Below, piece by piece: positions 27,611-41,700 of a DNA stretch of 64,000 nt; the first letter of the stretch is position 1, and the number at the start of each line of letters is the position of its first letter. The position numbers and the translations under genes were made by a program. The stretch comes from the human T2T-CHM13v2.0 reference genome, Homo sapiens: the NCBI RefSeq assembly GCF_009914755.1, contig NC_060947.1; one strand, given 5' to 3'. Under the pieces are notes generated by a model. That model ran no database searches. It had not been told where the DNA came from and worked only from the letters and a program-made list of their open reading frames with translations.

Positions 27611-29277
27611 GCTTGTAAATATCACCACCCATCTCTAGATGGAGGAAGCTTTTGGAAGGGACCCTTGAAAGGTCTCCAGAGAAAGTGCTTAACCAGCTTT
27701 GGACAAATATTACAGAGATGCCAGTTTTGTCTAAAACCCAATTCCTCTCAAGATTCCAAATCTCTTCCTGCCCTCCACATATTGCTGCTCTTACCCCTCA
27801 GGGGGTAAGATTTTTGTGTTAGGAATCCACTTTTTGAGCCACATTCCTGTTCTCAGAGGCCCCACCCCTTTGGGTACATCTGATGAGTACGTGACTTTTT
27901 TGTGGTTGCCCGGGATCCTGCCTACACCCAATACATAGTGATATATTTTATATTCAAATGTATTAAAGATCAGGACATTAGACCCACTCTGTCTGGACAC
28001 AGGTGCATAAGGGCAGAGAACTTAGATCACATGCATGCCAAGCAGGCTGCATCTGCTTTTTGGTGGAATAAAGAGCAGTTGATACAACCAGAAGCCAGCA
28101 AGCTTGCACCCTTGCCTCCTCTCTTCCTCTCTCACCCACAAAACCAAGATTCTGTGCTCTGACTTCCTGAAATCCTGCATTGCAGCGATTCCTAGTTTCC
28201 TCAGGGGTCCCTGCCTTACAAATTCAGCCCTTTTCCCACTCTCTAAGATGGTATTGTTCAAGAGGGTATAGGACCTGACTAAAACCATTCACATCCAGAT
28301 GAGAGAGAATAAACCTTCCCATGAAACGTGAGCATTTTTAAAGAATATAATAGAGCCAATCCTAAATGAGGCCAATGTCTGAGGGAGATTTTCTGCATGA
28401 CCGTCTCTCCTCCCTGGACCCCAGGCACAACCAGAGTTCCACAATACAGGCACCAGACACTTGGGCCCCACTTTTGAGAGGACAGACAGTCCTGATTCAG
28501 ATCATCATTCAGGTGGCCTTTTATTTTTAACTTGAAAATTTTTCTGCCATAAAACCGTTGGCAGAATAATAAAAAAAGATCGGCCTAAACGTCATAAATC
28601 AACTCTTTCATTTTCCATGGGATTTATAATGTTTCCACTTTGCTCCACCCATCTTGTTCTGGCATTCATCAATAATTCCCACCTTGTGGTTTCTTTTGTG
28701 GCTTCTTTTGTTGTATGGAAGTGTTGTTTACTTTGCATGTCAATTATGAGAAATCCCTTTGATACTTAAAAGTACTTGACCACCTCCTGATCTACAAGGG
28801 AACATTCGTGAGACAATTCTCTCCTTGTTGATATTTCTTTATTGTGAAAGAGAAACACACTTCTCTCCCCATTATGGGGTGAGTTTTATCAGCAAGTAAA
28901 CTGTTGGGCAGGATAGGGTAGGATTCATTGAAAACACTGGGCGTGGGGGTGGGATGCTGTCCAAAGATCACTGGAGAATAAATGTGTGCTGGTTTCTGCT
29001 TCCAGGTCTCCAGCCATAAGGCTATAACCCCAGGAACAGTCATTTAGCTGTTCTGAACCTCTTTAAAATAAAAGGTCTCCTCTTCTATACAGCACATTTG
29101 TTCAAACTAAAAACAGACCTCAAGTATATTCTGCACTATATAGATTTTTTTAAAGTAGCTTCAGTCTCCTTTAATGTGAACAATTGCATACTGACTTAAT
29201 CTCTTCCTCTCTCTTCTCTTCCTTCACTCTCTCCCTTCCTCTCTCTTTCTATTCTCCTCCCCTCCTCCCTGTAAAAG

Positions 29278-29325
29278 CTACCACCTCATCCTGGGCACCC
29301 TGGTTATATCAACTTCAGCTATGAG
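29278..29325 (+). CDS. AMELX: AMELX exon 3 ([16 protein letters not shown])
   Basis: Long CT tract, then GTAAAAG acceptor ending 29277; donor GTAATT at 29326; 48 nt; contains the S-Y-E phosphorylation motif. Confidence 0.99.
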
Positions 29326-29372
29326 GTAATTTTTCTCTTTACTAATTTTGACCATTGTTTGCGTTAACAATG

Positions 29373-29478
29373 CCCTGGGCTCTGTAAAGAATAGTGTGTT
29401 GATTCTTTATCCCAGATGTTTCTCAAGTGGTCCTGATTTTACAGTTCCTACCACCAGCTTCCCAGTTTAAGCTCTGAT
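29373..29478 (+). other. AMELX: Forensic amelogenin sex-typing amplicon, X allele (106 bp)
   Basis: Primer sites CCCTGGGCTCTGTAAAGAATAGTG (29373) and CAGCTTCCCAGTTTAAGCTCTGAT (ending 29478) span exactly 106 bp; the Y product is 112 bp. Confidence 0.95.
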
Positions 29479-29819
29479 GGTTGGCCTCAAGCCTGTGTCG
29501 TCCCAGCAGCCTCCCGCCTGGCCACTCTGACTCAGTCTGTCCTCCTAAATATGGCCGTAAGCTTACCCATCATGAACCACTACTCAGGGAGGCTCCATGA
29601 TAGGGCAAAAAGTAAACTCTGACCAGCTTGGTTCTAACCCAGCTAGTAAAATGTAAGGATTAGGTAAGATGTTATTTAAAACTCTTTCCAGCTCAAAAAA
29701 CTCCTGATTCTAAGATAGTCACACTCTATGTGTGTCTCTTGCTTGCCTCTGCTGAAATATTAGTGACTAAGTGGTATAGGAGAGACTCCGCAGAACAGCG
29801 GAATGCATGAGTTTTGGAC

Positions 29820-30010
29820 GTCGGGTTTGAGGTTCTCCTCAACCTCTTACTAACTTTGTGATTTTGGGCAAATCATTTCCTCTTTCTGGAACCCTGGTTT
29901 CCTCATCTGGAGAAAGGAAATAATTATAATAACCATATTTCAAAATATTGTTTGGAGAGTAATATAGTTAATGAATATGAAAAGTGCTTTGTCAAGTATA
30001 ATATGAGCAA
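29820..30010. mobile_element. MIR in AMELX intron 3
   Basis: TGTGATTTTGGGCAAATCATTTCCTCTTTCTGGAACCCTGGTTTCCTCATCTG core. Other MIRs lie at ~880-980, 2510-2720, 5370-5520, 6420-6590, 12190-12430, 24520-24630, 30410-30580, 38960-39085 and 63095-63270. Confidence 0.75.
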
Positions 30011-30601
30011 GGTTACTGATTATTTTTTGTATCGATTAAATGCCGTATTACTATATGAAGAATCCTCAAACCTAAGGCTAACCAAGTATATATACTGTTC
30101 AGAAAGGAATAAGATTCTTACTTCTCTCACAGGTTCAGGTAACAATCTATGAGTTTATTTACTTATAAAAGCTGAAGACAAATGTTAGTAAGATTTTGAG
30201 GCAAGATTTTCTGTTGAACCGAAAAGATTGACACATCTGATCAGTCAATCTGTGTTTCTAGGATGAGGGACAGTGTTTGCACCTCTCTTTTTCCCATTGT
30301 GACATCAAAGAAAAAAATGAAATTAACATCATGTCATATTATTATGTCATAATTTTGTGTTTGTTTTGCTCTTACAATGAAAAGAAGGAACTATGGAATT
30401 AAACAGATTTACTCCCTGTGTAACCTCAGTCAAGTTAATGAATCTCTTTAACTCCCCATAACCTTATCTAAAAAGTGAGAGTAATAATACTTGCCTCCTA
30501 GCATATAAGAAAAGATGAAGAATGTGTGTGATGGATGTAAACACAGTGCCTGTCACACAGGAAGCACCCAACAAATTTTTACCTTCTTCTTTCTTTTGTA
30601 G

Positions 30602-30643
30602 AACTCACATTCTCAGGCTATCAATGTTGACAGGACTGCATTA
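30602..30643 (+). CDS. AMELX: AMELX alternative exon 4 (NSHSQAINVDRTAL)
   Basis: Acceptor TTTTGTAG ending 30601; 42 nt open; donor GTGAGT at 30644. Confidence 0.95.
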
Positions 30644-30734
30644 GTGAGTCTATATTTCCTACTGCATCAGTGAGTTTCTATATTGGATGAAAGTAAATTA
30701 AATCAAATGGGTTCTAATATCTTTTTCTCTTAAG

Positions 30735-30776
30735 GTGCTTACCCCTTTGAAGTGGTACCAGAGCATAAGGCCACCG
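30735..30776 (+). CDS. AMELX: AMELX exon 5 (VLTPLKWYQSIRPP)
   Basis: Acceptor TTAAG ending 30734, donor GTATGT at 30777; 42 nt; lacks the extra Met of AMELY (SMIRPP). Confidence 0.99.
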
Positions 30777-31022
30777 GTATGTAGACATTTTGTTCCTTAT
30801 TCCCTGAAAATATTAGGCATGCATTAAAATTCCCATATTAAGTGAAATATCATGTCTACTCCACATGCAGACATTAATGGGAAATTTAGTTTGTAAAAAA
30901 TCATATCTGTGTACACAGTTACAAATTTTTGCAAAGGAAAAATGAATAAAATATTCCTATAGCCATAATGGCAAAGAAAACACTGCTGCTTCTCTGGTTG
31001 GAGTCACCTGAGCCAATGGTAA

Positions 31023-31484
<462 letters not shown>

Positions 31485-33105
31485 TGAAGCCACTACAATG
31501 CAAATCCTGTGAAAATGGTGCAGCAAAATAGGCCCCAGAGTTCTAAGGTCTCCGACAACCAAGGATCTAGAGTTGTAGTAGTTACAGGTCTATGATTCTA
31601 TTAGTCCAAGCAATATGCTATACCTTTATGTTAAAGACAAATTCCTCTAAATGGCTTGGTAATTAAGACCACAGTTTTTATGGTAGGTTTCAATTTTACT
31701 ATTACTGAATTTCTACCAGAATATGTATTACCAAAACCCATTAATAGAAATATATATTACTAAACCCCATGAATTTTAAGGGCAACAGTATAAGGGAATA
31801 TCAGTTCTCCTTATATTTCAAAGGTTTGACTAGCAAGAATAGGCTAGAGTTGCACTGAAGGCTTAAGACAAGAGGGAGCGGATAATTTTGAGAGTGCAAA
31901 TATCTGAACAGGCTACAAAAGGTAGACGGGAAATCTCTTCAAAAACCTACAGGAAGATTCCCCATTTCCAGTAGTTTTCAATCTAACTTGGAGGCGGCTA
32001 AACTAAACATACTGTTAGATTCCTTTTCTGTACTGGGGTTCTATAGATGATTAAGCTTTTAGCAAGAAGTTACTGCAATTTAGCACTAAATCTTCCATTA
32101 CAGGTAGCTCTTACAAATGAATGGGAATAGTCAACAAAACAAACTTAATCTACATCCATAAAGTCTTACTTCTATGTATACGAGATTATGTGATCCTATC
32201 ATGTATATGTATCCAACTGTAATTCCAATTTATACATGTTATTGATGATTTGCTACTGAGAAGAAGAGAGAAGTGAGGTGGAAATGACCAGGATAAGAAG
32301 CCAGGACACAAAGGTTCCAATTCTGGCTTTGCCCTCAAAGACGAGGCAGTATTGTAAAAGTTACTTCAAATGTATCGGTGTTTTATTTTCTTTTAAATGG
32401 GGGAAAATGACGAAATCAGATTATTTTCAAGTCTCTGTCCAATTATAAATACCATAGTTTCTGAATTTAAAAAAATCATAATATATGTCATAAATGGCTT
32501 CATAATTGTGAGCATGTTTACGGAAAATATGGGGCAGAATTTTTTGAAAATTGATTGAATCCCAAGTAATCGGTGCCTATCATTGGCTATTCTAGTCCAA
32601 GGCACATGTTCTCTCTGTACATAGAAAATGCATTTACTTCTTTATGAATAATTAATACCATGAACTTTATAATGTGCTCACATCTTGACAAAGCTATTTA
32701 TGGAAAGGTGACTTTGGGCAGATAGTTTGAACTCTTTAAAACTCAGTTTCTTTTTGTGTAAAATTTGAGTATAAACATTGATAGTTTCTTAGAGTTGTTT
32801 TATGGAAAACAAAATAGCGTGATAAGCTTGGAGCCTGACATGCAAGACGTACCCCCCAAAAAGGTAGCAATTGTTATTTTATTATAAAATAATAGGCTTT
32901 AAGTGTCCTGAAGGTGGAAGCAGTCCTCATGGACACCTAATATCTAATGACAACGAAATAACAAAGAAACTTCAGAAATTATAGAGTTCAACTTAAATGG
33001 TTGTACATTGTTTTGACAAAACTGAAGCCAGACATGTTATTGTAAATGGTACTCACTAGGAACATTTGTAAATTATTTTAACTGTTCTTTTGCAATTTTT
33101 TTCAG

Positions 33106-33111
33106 GATTAA
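33106..33111 (+). CDS. AMELX: AMELX exon 7 coding part (Asp + TAA stop); 3'UTR follows
   Basis: Acceptor TTTTTTTCAG ending 33105, then GAT TAA. Confidence 0.97.
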   Translation, partial: D

Positions 33112-33239
33112 AAGATCAGAAGATGAGAGGGGAATGAATACTTCAGATGCTTTCAGGAGTGACACAAGAACACAATGATTTTTGCTTATAATCACTTTAC
33201 TTAGCAAATTCTGTAACTAAAAAAGTACCATTAGCAGAC

Positions 33240-33255
33240 AATAAAATGCATTAAA
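33240..33255 (+). terminator. AMELX: AMELX polyadenylation signals AATAAA (33240-33245) and ATTAAA (33250-33255)
   Basis: Hexamers ~130 nt after the stop, followed by a GT/T-rich downstream element (ATGTCTTTGTGTTG). Confidence 0.88.
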
Positions 33256-34564
33256 AATCATTCATGTCTTTGTGTTGAATGAAACTTAAATTTTCCTATC
33301 ATTTGAGATGATATATTATGAATGAGTATTCTTGAATCAGGTAGGAACTGCTCATTTAGTCATACAAATTCACCATTTGGCAAGCAAATAAGGAATATAT
33401 TTCTTTTTAGAGAAAATTTAAATTATACTGTCTCAAATCTTTTTTAAAAAACAAAGTTTATACATCAGTTAAAACAGTTGATAAAATGAAAATTTATGAA
33501 TATGTACAATAACTAAAACCTGAACCAAATGAAGGGAAGTTTATATGAAAAATTCTTTACATTAAGAAAGATAAACTTTTGAAGAATGTTTATATTATGA
33601 AACAAAATAGGACATGGAACACTGGCTTTACACTTCACACCACACTGGCAATCAAAATCTGGTCTTTTGATCTCATTCTATGGAAAAAGATTTTTAAATG
33701 AAATTATGTGATATGCATAATAATGTACTGAATTTAAAGTTATTCAAGTAATTTGTTTTCCTCAAAAAATGTTATCAATGGAGCTTCAAATAGAGAATTG
33801 CAGTGATTTTAAACACAAGTCATTTCTTTCACCTCATAACTTTAAGATAAATTGTACTGTATAGTCTTCAAAATGTTAACAAATGCATAAAATGGACTCA
33901 AAACAAGTTTTCTTTCTCACTCATATTTATATTTGAATCCTTTTTTCTTCCTACACCCACACAGAATTGTAAACAGTCTTTGCAGGGTTTATATTACACA
34001 AACCCATGGTAACTTTATTCCAGTACCTTTATGATTAAGGCCCCTTAATCATTTTCTGGAATGAATAAACATAACTTTATTGGGAGGGTGTCAATATTCA
34101 AACAAATAACTTGATTTTAAAGAATTTAGATTCAATTTTTTAAAGGTAGAAAAGCTTTTAATCAATTGGCATGGACCAATTCTAATCAATTGAGTCAATA
34201 TTTATTAAGCACACTCTAGGGCAAGGCACTATTCCATGTGCTGGTGAAAAGAGCAAGGCCCCATCCTTAAGGAATCTAGAATCTACCAAAGGGGTAAAAT
34301 AAGCCCACAAATAACAATTAAAAAGGCCAAATGGTATTAATACTATGACAGAAGTACAGTCAAAACACTCTGGCAAATATGGCAAATATCCTTGGCTAGC
34401 TGTCCAACAGCTTTCCTCACCACTCCTTTCCTGTTGGCAGAGCTGGAATCAATCCCAGCATTCAGCCACGGTTTCCAAATCAAAATTCAGATACGTAGTG
34501 TGATAATACAGAGGAATGTTTCAAACCAGAGACATACATTAACTGGTAATTATACTCTAATACT

Positions 34565-34770
34565 TGCACTGTCAAATATGGTAGTCCTGTCCTATGTGGC
34601 TATTTAAATGTAAATAAATTAAAATTAAATAAAACTTAAAATTCAATTCCTCCGTCATAGTAGACACATTTTAAGCGCTAAATAGCCACATGGGGCTAGT
34701 GGCTACCATTCTGGACAACACAGATACAGAATATTTCCATCACCATTCAGTTTTATCAGACAGCATTGCT
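34565..34770 (-). mobile_element. MER3/MER33-like MITE
   Basis: AATAGCCACATGGGGCTAGTGGCTACCATTCTGGACAACACAG. Confidence 0.78.
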
Positions 34771-36540
34771 CTATGTACTACTTCTTGAAGTTGAAAAATA
34801 ATTCTTATTAATTCAAATATTTTAAACAAAAGATGAAACAAAACAGATTTGCTGGTTGAAACTGAAAATCTCAGCTACCCACAGCAAGTTGTTCCCCAAG
34901 CATGCCAGTAATCCTGATCCTCTATGAGAATTTTCTAAGAACTGTAGAAGTGCCATTCTCTTCCTCAGGCCAAACTTTACATACTAAAATGGTTTCCCCT
35001 CTAGCTTTCATTTAGAACAGATAAATCCAGAGTTCAGAAGATATTTACATTCTTTTCTATTTTGTGGTTCAAACTAATAGTGCAACATAACATAGAGGGA
35101 GGCACACATTCACGTTACACACACTCACACACCCATAACCACGCATGCTTTCTGGGTTTACCTGTAGTAAAAAGACACATGTGGAGACATGTGCCATTTG
35201 AGTAACTTGAAATTTTAAATAAAACTTCTTTCCATTACAATCATTTAGAGAATGATTATGTGGTTATGGTATTCATTATCACCACCAAGACATACTACAG
35301 TTCTTCCAATACAAAAATCATATCAAGAAAAAAAGATCAAGCTGTGCATTTCATTTCCAAGCAATGTCAAGTTTACCATCCCCTTTCTCAACTCCACACA
35401 AAATAAAAATACAGACTTTTCTCTAAATCCGAAGTTTTTCCTTTGGTAGTAAACAATAGCTGAAAATACCAAGACTGAGTTTAAGGCCAAGACTTTTAAA
35501 AAGAAAATAAATTAGTAGACAACTGTATTAATTGGGAAAAAATAACCCAAGAGATCCTAGTATGAACAGCTTAACATGAGACTAACAAGAGAAAAACGAC
35601 TTCAACCAATTTCCTACATTTCCAGAACATAGTAGCATTTAGTAGTACTCCACATTGCTTTAATAAAATAGTCATCAGCTTATGTCTGTTGTGAAATTCT
35701 TGTTAGTTGGAGTTTTTACTTATTTTTGTGATTTGGCTTTCAATTCCTTTTGCCCCTATTTGATCTGGAGCCTTAACAGCAAGGGCCATAGGCCGACATT
35801 TAGATATTAAAAAATACCTCCCTGTTGGGAAAAGTCCATGCTGGCCTCATTTGAAACACCTGACTCTTCCAGACGATAAATAATTATTGAGGAATAAGAT
35901 TGGGCTGGGAGTGGTGAGGATTTGAAGAGAGAAGAAAGGAGTGGTCATTTGGGTTCGAAACATTTACCTCAATAAATCACACTTGAATCCTCTATCACAA
36001 AATCTAAATTAATAAAGCCCATTTGCAAATATCATTGTCCTATGGTCAACAAAAAACACCACAGGACCCAGAATTCACTTTACTATTAATTTTAAAAATG
36101 AACGATATTAAAATCTCAATTCCTCCAAACAGCCAAATTTTGTTTGCCTCTCCAAATAATTTTCCATGCTTCATATTTGGCCATGGAATGTGCAGGCTCT
36201 GGGGGTGTCAGTTAAGTGTCCACAGAAGCACAAAGCCGGCTTTCCAGTGTGATGGTAGGGGGTGCAGCCTCCATAACCAAACCGTTTGATTCACAATCAT
36301 GACCATTGCCTATCTGCTGTGGAAACTTGGACAATTTTTTTGGCCTCTCTATGGCTCAGTACACTCGTCTATAAAATGTACTAATATCATGCTCTGCTCT
36401 GAGTCTTTTCATGTTAATGAGCCCCAAGCTCAATAAATGTTAGCTACAGTTCTTGTAATCAGAAAGAGAGCTTTGTCCTGCCTCTGTAGACTCCCAAAGA
36501 GAACACTACCCAGTTGGAAGCAGGAGTGATACAAAATTAG

Positions 36541-36924
<384 letters not shown>

Positions 36925-37238
36925 TAGCCACCTGAACACCTCCCTTACTGATTGTGACCCTAAATGATCTTTGCCTTCTCCTACCTGATATCCCCAGACA
37001 CTGTTCTTTGCTGCCTCCAAGACAAGCCTTCATCCTCAATTCACCACTCTGAGGGTAACAGGAGAGCAACACCAGGCAAGTGTCATGGGGGCGCTCCACT
37101 AAGTGGAGGCTAGAACTTGAGACCACCTCTCTCTGCATGTCTTCCTTTTACCTTCTTTCTAGGGCTGAGCCTTTGTGTACAGTGACTCCCAACTCAGACC
37201 CTTCCCTTGTCACTCTGGCATTGGCACAATTCAGCTAA

Positions 37239-37584
<346 letters not shown>

Positions 37585-38490
37585 TTTACCAAACCGTTTT
37601 CCTCTAGATGAGTGGTTCTTAAGCAGGTACAGTTGTGTCTCCTAGGGGACCTTTGGCAATGTCTGGAGTCACAACAGGGATCTAAACAAATCAAAACAGC
37701 TTGGGGAGTGGTAGGGGTGTTAAGGAGAATTTGCAAAATAAAGAAAGTGCTGTCCCGTGATTAAGTCAGCTAATGTCTCTAAATCAAAACTATCCTGTTA
37801 AAAGCCCAGATTTCACCACTACACAATATATCCATGTAAGAAAGCATGTCCACCCTCTAAATCTATAAAATAAAAAAAGTAAATTAAAACAAAATTTTTA
37901 AAAACCGTCCGACAGAAGTTAGAATAGTTATTTGCTTCTTCAGAACTTACTTAGAAGTGAGTATTTGTTTCTTGGGAGGTTACAAGAAGCTTGTCTCCTG
38001 TGAGTTAATTGTTCCTGCTTGTTTGACCTTCCAAAGATGTGCTAAGGAGCTAATTGTAAATCAGACTGAAGAACCTCTGAAAGTGATTGTGTCTACCCGA
38101 GTGATAAAGAGGAGAAAATAATAAATTTAGCCATGAGTGTAACTACTGAATTCAAGGTTATTCAATTAGTCTGGGATAAGTTCTGTTCTGAGATTTGCTT
38201 GGATCTGGCAGAATAATGAGAAATGAGTGGTTCTGTCCATAAAGTGGGCAGTAATTTAAGATGCCTTAATTCTCATGATTTTCAGAACCACCACTCTCCA
38301 AAAGAATGATTCTTTTGATTAAGAAGTTTTTGTTACAAAATTGTTACAGAATAAAACCCCTACAGCCATGGAGAATATAAAGCAGTGTATTGTAAGGAGA
38401 GAAGATGATTAAGCACTGACCTTGGGCAGCTGAGAATATCTGACAGACCCAGGCCATCGAACACCCTATCTGTCCAAATAACCAACTCAA

Positions 38491-38747
38491 GGCACTTCTG
38501 AAGTGAGGATCTCCCTGCCTCCTTGCTGCTGTATCCCAAACATCCGGGAGCAGCCATCAGTGACCCTCACCTCAATGCCACCTCTTCTAGAAATCTTCTC
38601 TCACTGCTCTACGTTGGCTGGCACTCCTGGAAGTGAGGTTCCCCTGTCTCCTTGCCCCCATATCCACACATCTGGGAGCAGCCATCAATGACCAACACCT
38701 CAATGTCACCTCTTCTAGAAACCTCTCTCGCTAGTCCACAGGGCTGG
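38491..38747. repeat. Diverged tandem duplication, 2 x ~129 bp
   Basis: GGCACT(T/C)CTG..AAGTGAGG...GGGAGCAGCCATCA...CACCTCAATG.CACCTCTTCTAGAAA appears from 38491 and from 38620. Confidence 0.9.
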
Positions 38748-41700
38748 AGTGCACAGGCTCAGAGGTTTCCCAGGATATGTTGACCATGCCTCTATTTCAA
38801 ACAACTGCTTCTTTCTACTTTTGTCTCCCCCTTAGCTGTCAAGCTCCTTGAGGCAGATTTGGAAAAATACCTGGAAACTGGTCAGTATGCTTAATATCTG
38901 CTCAATGAGCCATCATTAGCATTAAACACCCAGGATGCTGTCATATAAAAGTAATGATAATAATAACACTGAACATTTACTGGGCTTATTATATTTCAGG
39001 CACTATTCTAAGCACATGACATGTATTAGCTCATTTAATTCTCACAACGTTATAGAATTGTCTCTATCACCAATTTACAAATGAGGGTTTGAACTTTAAA
39101 TTTTAACAAGAAGTTAGGCTCTTTTAAAACACACACACACTGCCCCATTTTTTATGAGTACCATTTGAAAGATAAACTAATTCGTCATCCGCCTCTAGGA
39201 TTCTAATTAAACAATCTATAGCTATTTTTAATGGCAAATGTAAATTCAACTCCATTAGAGTCATGAAGCTTGTCTCCTGTGACTTAATTTTTCCTGCCCA
39301 TTTGTCCTCCCAAAAATATACTAGAGAGCTAACTGTAACTCAAAATGAAGAATCCCTAACTCATTAAATGCTCTGTAGTTGCATGAGGGAGTTGCCTCTT
39401 GTGCTAAACTGCCAAAGATGGGGAGGAGACAGCTACAAACATAGGCAAGTATCCCCTACGCTAGGACAACATTGCCATGGCAACCAGGGTAAGGGCAACC
39501 AGCTTTGAGTGTGAACCTGCTCATGGATGGTCCTCATGCCTTCTCTGGTTCCAAAGGATGGATGGAAAACAAAGAAACGCAAGTCCAGTGCTCGTAGAAA
39601 CCACAAGGCCCTGTCTTTCTCTCACTGATTAGTTCAATGAAATAATCATGTGTTTTAGGAGACCCAGGCCTTGGCCCTCCGCTATCTTCCTTCCCAGACA
39701 GCCCACTGAACACACACTCAACGCATACAGAAAGCCCATTTCAAGCAGCATTCTGAAATTCACCGAGAATGACAAGAATAATAAGGCTACTGATATATCC
39801 CTACCATGACATTGAAGCAGAACTAATTGGCTTGCATACTCTCTCTACCTGGCATCTAATGCCCAGATTAAAATAGATGACAAAGTTCAGGTACCCCAAT
39901 AGCTTCCTGCACTGCAGCCTCTACAAATGTTAGCTATCAAGGCAGCAGTCCAAACTGGCTCCTTCCATAGGGTCCTGACTAGGGAAGGAAATGTTTGCAA
40001 ATTTGCACAGCTGCATGCAATAACAAATTCAGGCTCTGCAGGTTTACAAAATCCCATCTTCTCCCTGTGATTAGGAACTTGGGATCAACTTGTTTTCCAC
40101 AAATGATTTTTCTTAATCTGGAAGTAGGTACAACAGAGGAACTTCAAAATCTGTTTCTTTTGAGACAATTCTCAATTTTTAAAGTACTTATTAAACATTG
40201 CTAAAATGTGCAGTTCTTATCAGCAGGATTTACAATGACACTTGGAAAGCAATGGGATTTACTGCTTTTGTGGCTTTTTTTTCCCCGTTCTGGTAGTGAA
40301 AAAATGTTCCCGATAAACAGTAATAGATATCCAAAAATCTGCAATCACCACCACATTAGTTGATTTGATAGTTGCTATTACTGTAAATAATCAGAATCAC
40401 AATAAAAAGTCTATGCCTACAAAATGAAATCACTTAACAAACTGTAAATAATCATAATCTAAGAGCAGCAAATTTTCTTCAAAAGCAACTTGGCTTTTAA
40501 CAAACTAAATAATTCGTATATATTTTAATTACTTTATACCTATGGTGGCATGTGCACATGATAGAGAGAGGAAGAAATTTGCAAATGAATTGATGTGGCC
40601 TGATCATATTGTTTAAGGTAATAGATCACCAATCTGTAGAAAAGCCAATGATTTCACTTTCTTGGTGTTAACACACAATTCACCAAATAAACCAATATAA
40701 GTTTAGGAAGGATTCAAAGCAGCTTTTACTTGTAGCTATATGAAACCAGCAAGTATTTAATTAGGCTCTGTGAACACTTCGGTAACAATCTAAATTAATA
40801 TTCTGAAAAGATGAGTTTTAAGGTTCTTTCTATGAAATCATTAAAGAAAAAACCCTGGAATCATTAAAAAAAATAAAATTTGCACCAGATGCTACCTTTA
40901 TTGTATGCAAACAACAAAACCAAAGTTTTCTGAACCAGCCATCTGTCTTTGCTGCATGGAGTGGCCACAGGACAGAGCTGAACCACATTTTGTGGTTCCA
41001 CATTAGTACCCTAATCAGTTATCGATGTTATAGAATCTTGATCCTTCATCATACTAAGGAAAAGGGCAACCTATGCCCTTGTCCCCAGTCGTCAGTCATT
41101 ATATAGTACCCAATGATTGAGACCCAAAGAGACACTCCATAGCAATGATGTTTTGGCTCATCCTGGATTAGTCTGGTGATCCTGGCAATGCCTGATTCAC
41201 TCTGAACTTCAGTTTCCTTACCTCTAGCACAAAAACACTGGACTGGAACAGTAACATTAAGACCCATGCAACAGTAACATTATAAGCCAATGTGCATGTT
41301 AAAGTCAAATTCCATTGATTTTCAAATACTGAGAAAATAGCCAAAAGGAATGGTGCAGAAGAAATGGTGGGTCCTTACTATGATTTGCTCTGAACTTTCA
41401 ATAAAAATATACACGTCTTGGCAATGGTATGTAATATTCCAATAAGCCTGGTTTGAAGACTCTGAATTTACTCTTAAAGCAACAGGCAGAGGCAGTGTGA
41501 CTGTCATTTGAACCACCTGAGCTTTGATGTTAAAAGAGACTCAAGCGCCAGGACACATTGAGCAAATCCCTCCAACGCTATTACTTCCCTCCTTCTTTCC
41601 TACTTATGTTCACCTTTTCCAGATGCTGCTCTGGGATTATTACCCCATGGAATCTTTCACGTCTTCCTGGCTTGGGTCCTACCTTGCTTCTAGCAGTAGG

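Noticed and set aside
38491-38747. CRISPR-like repeat-spacer array
   Set aside because: Only two adjacent diverged copies, no unique spacers, and a eukaryotic context.
41247-41292. 23-bp tandem duplicate AACAGTAACATTA...
   Set aside because: Ordinary small slippage duplication with no further structure.
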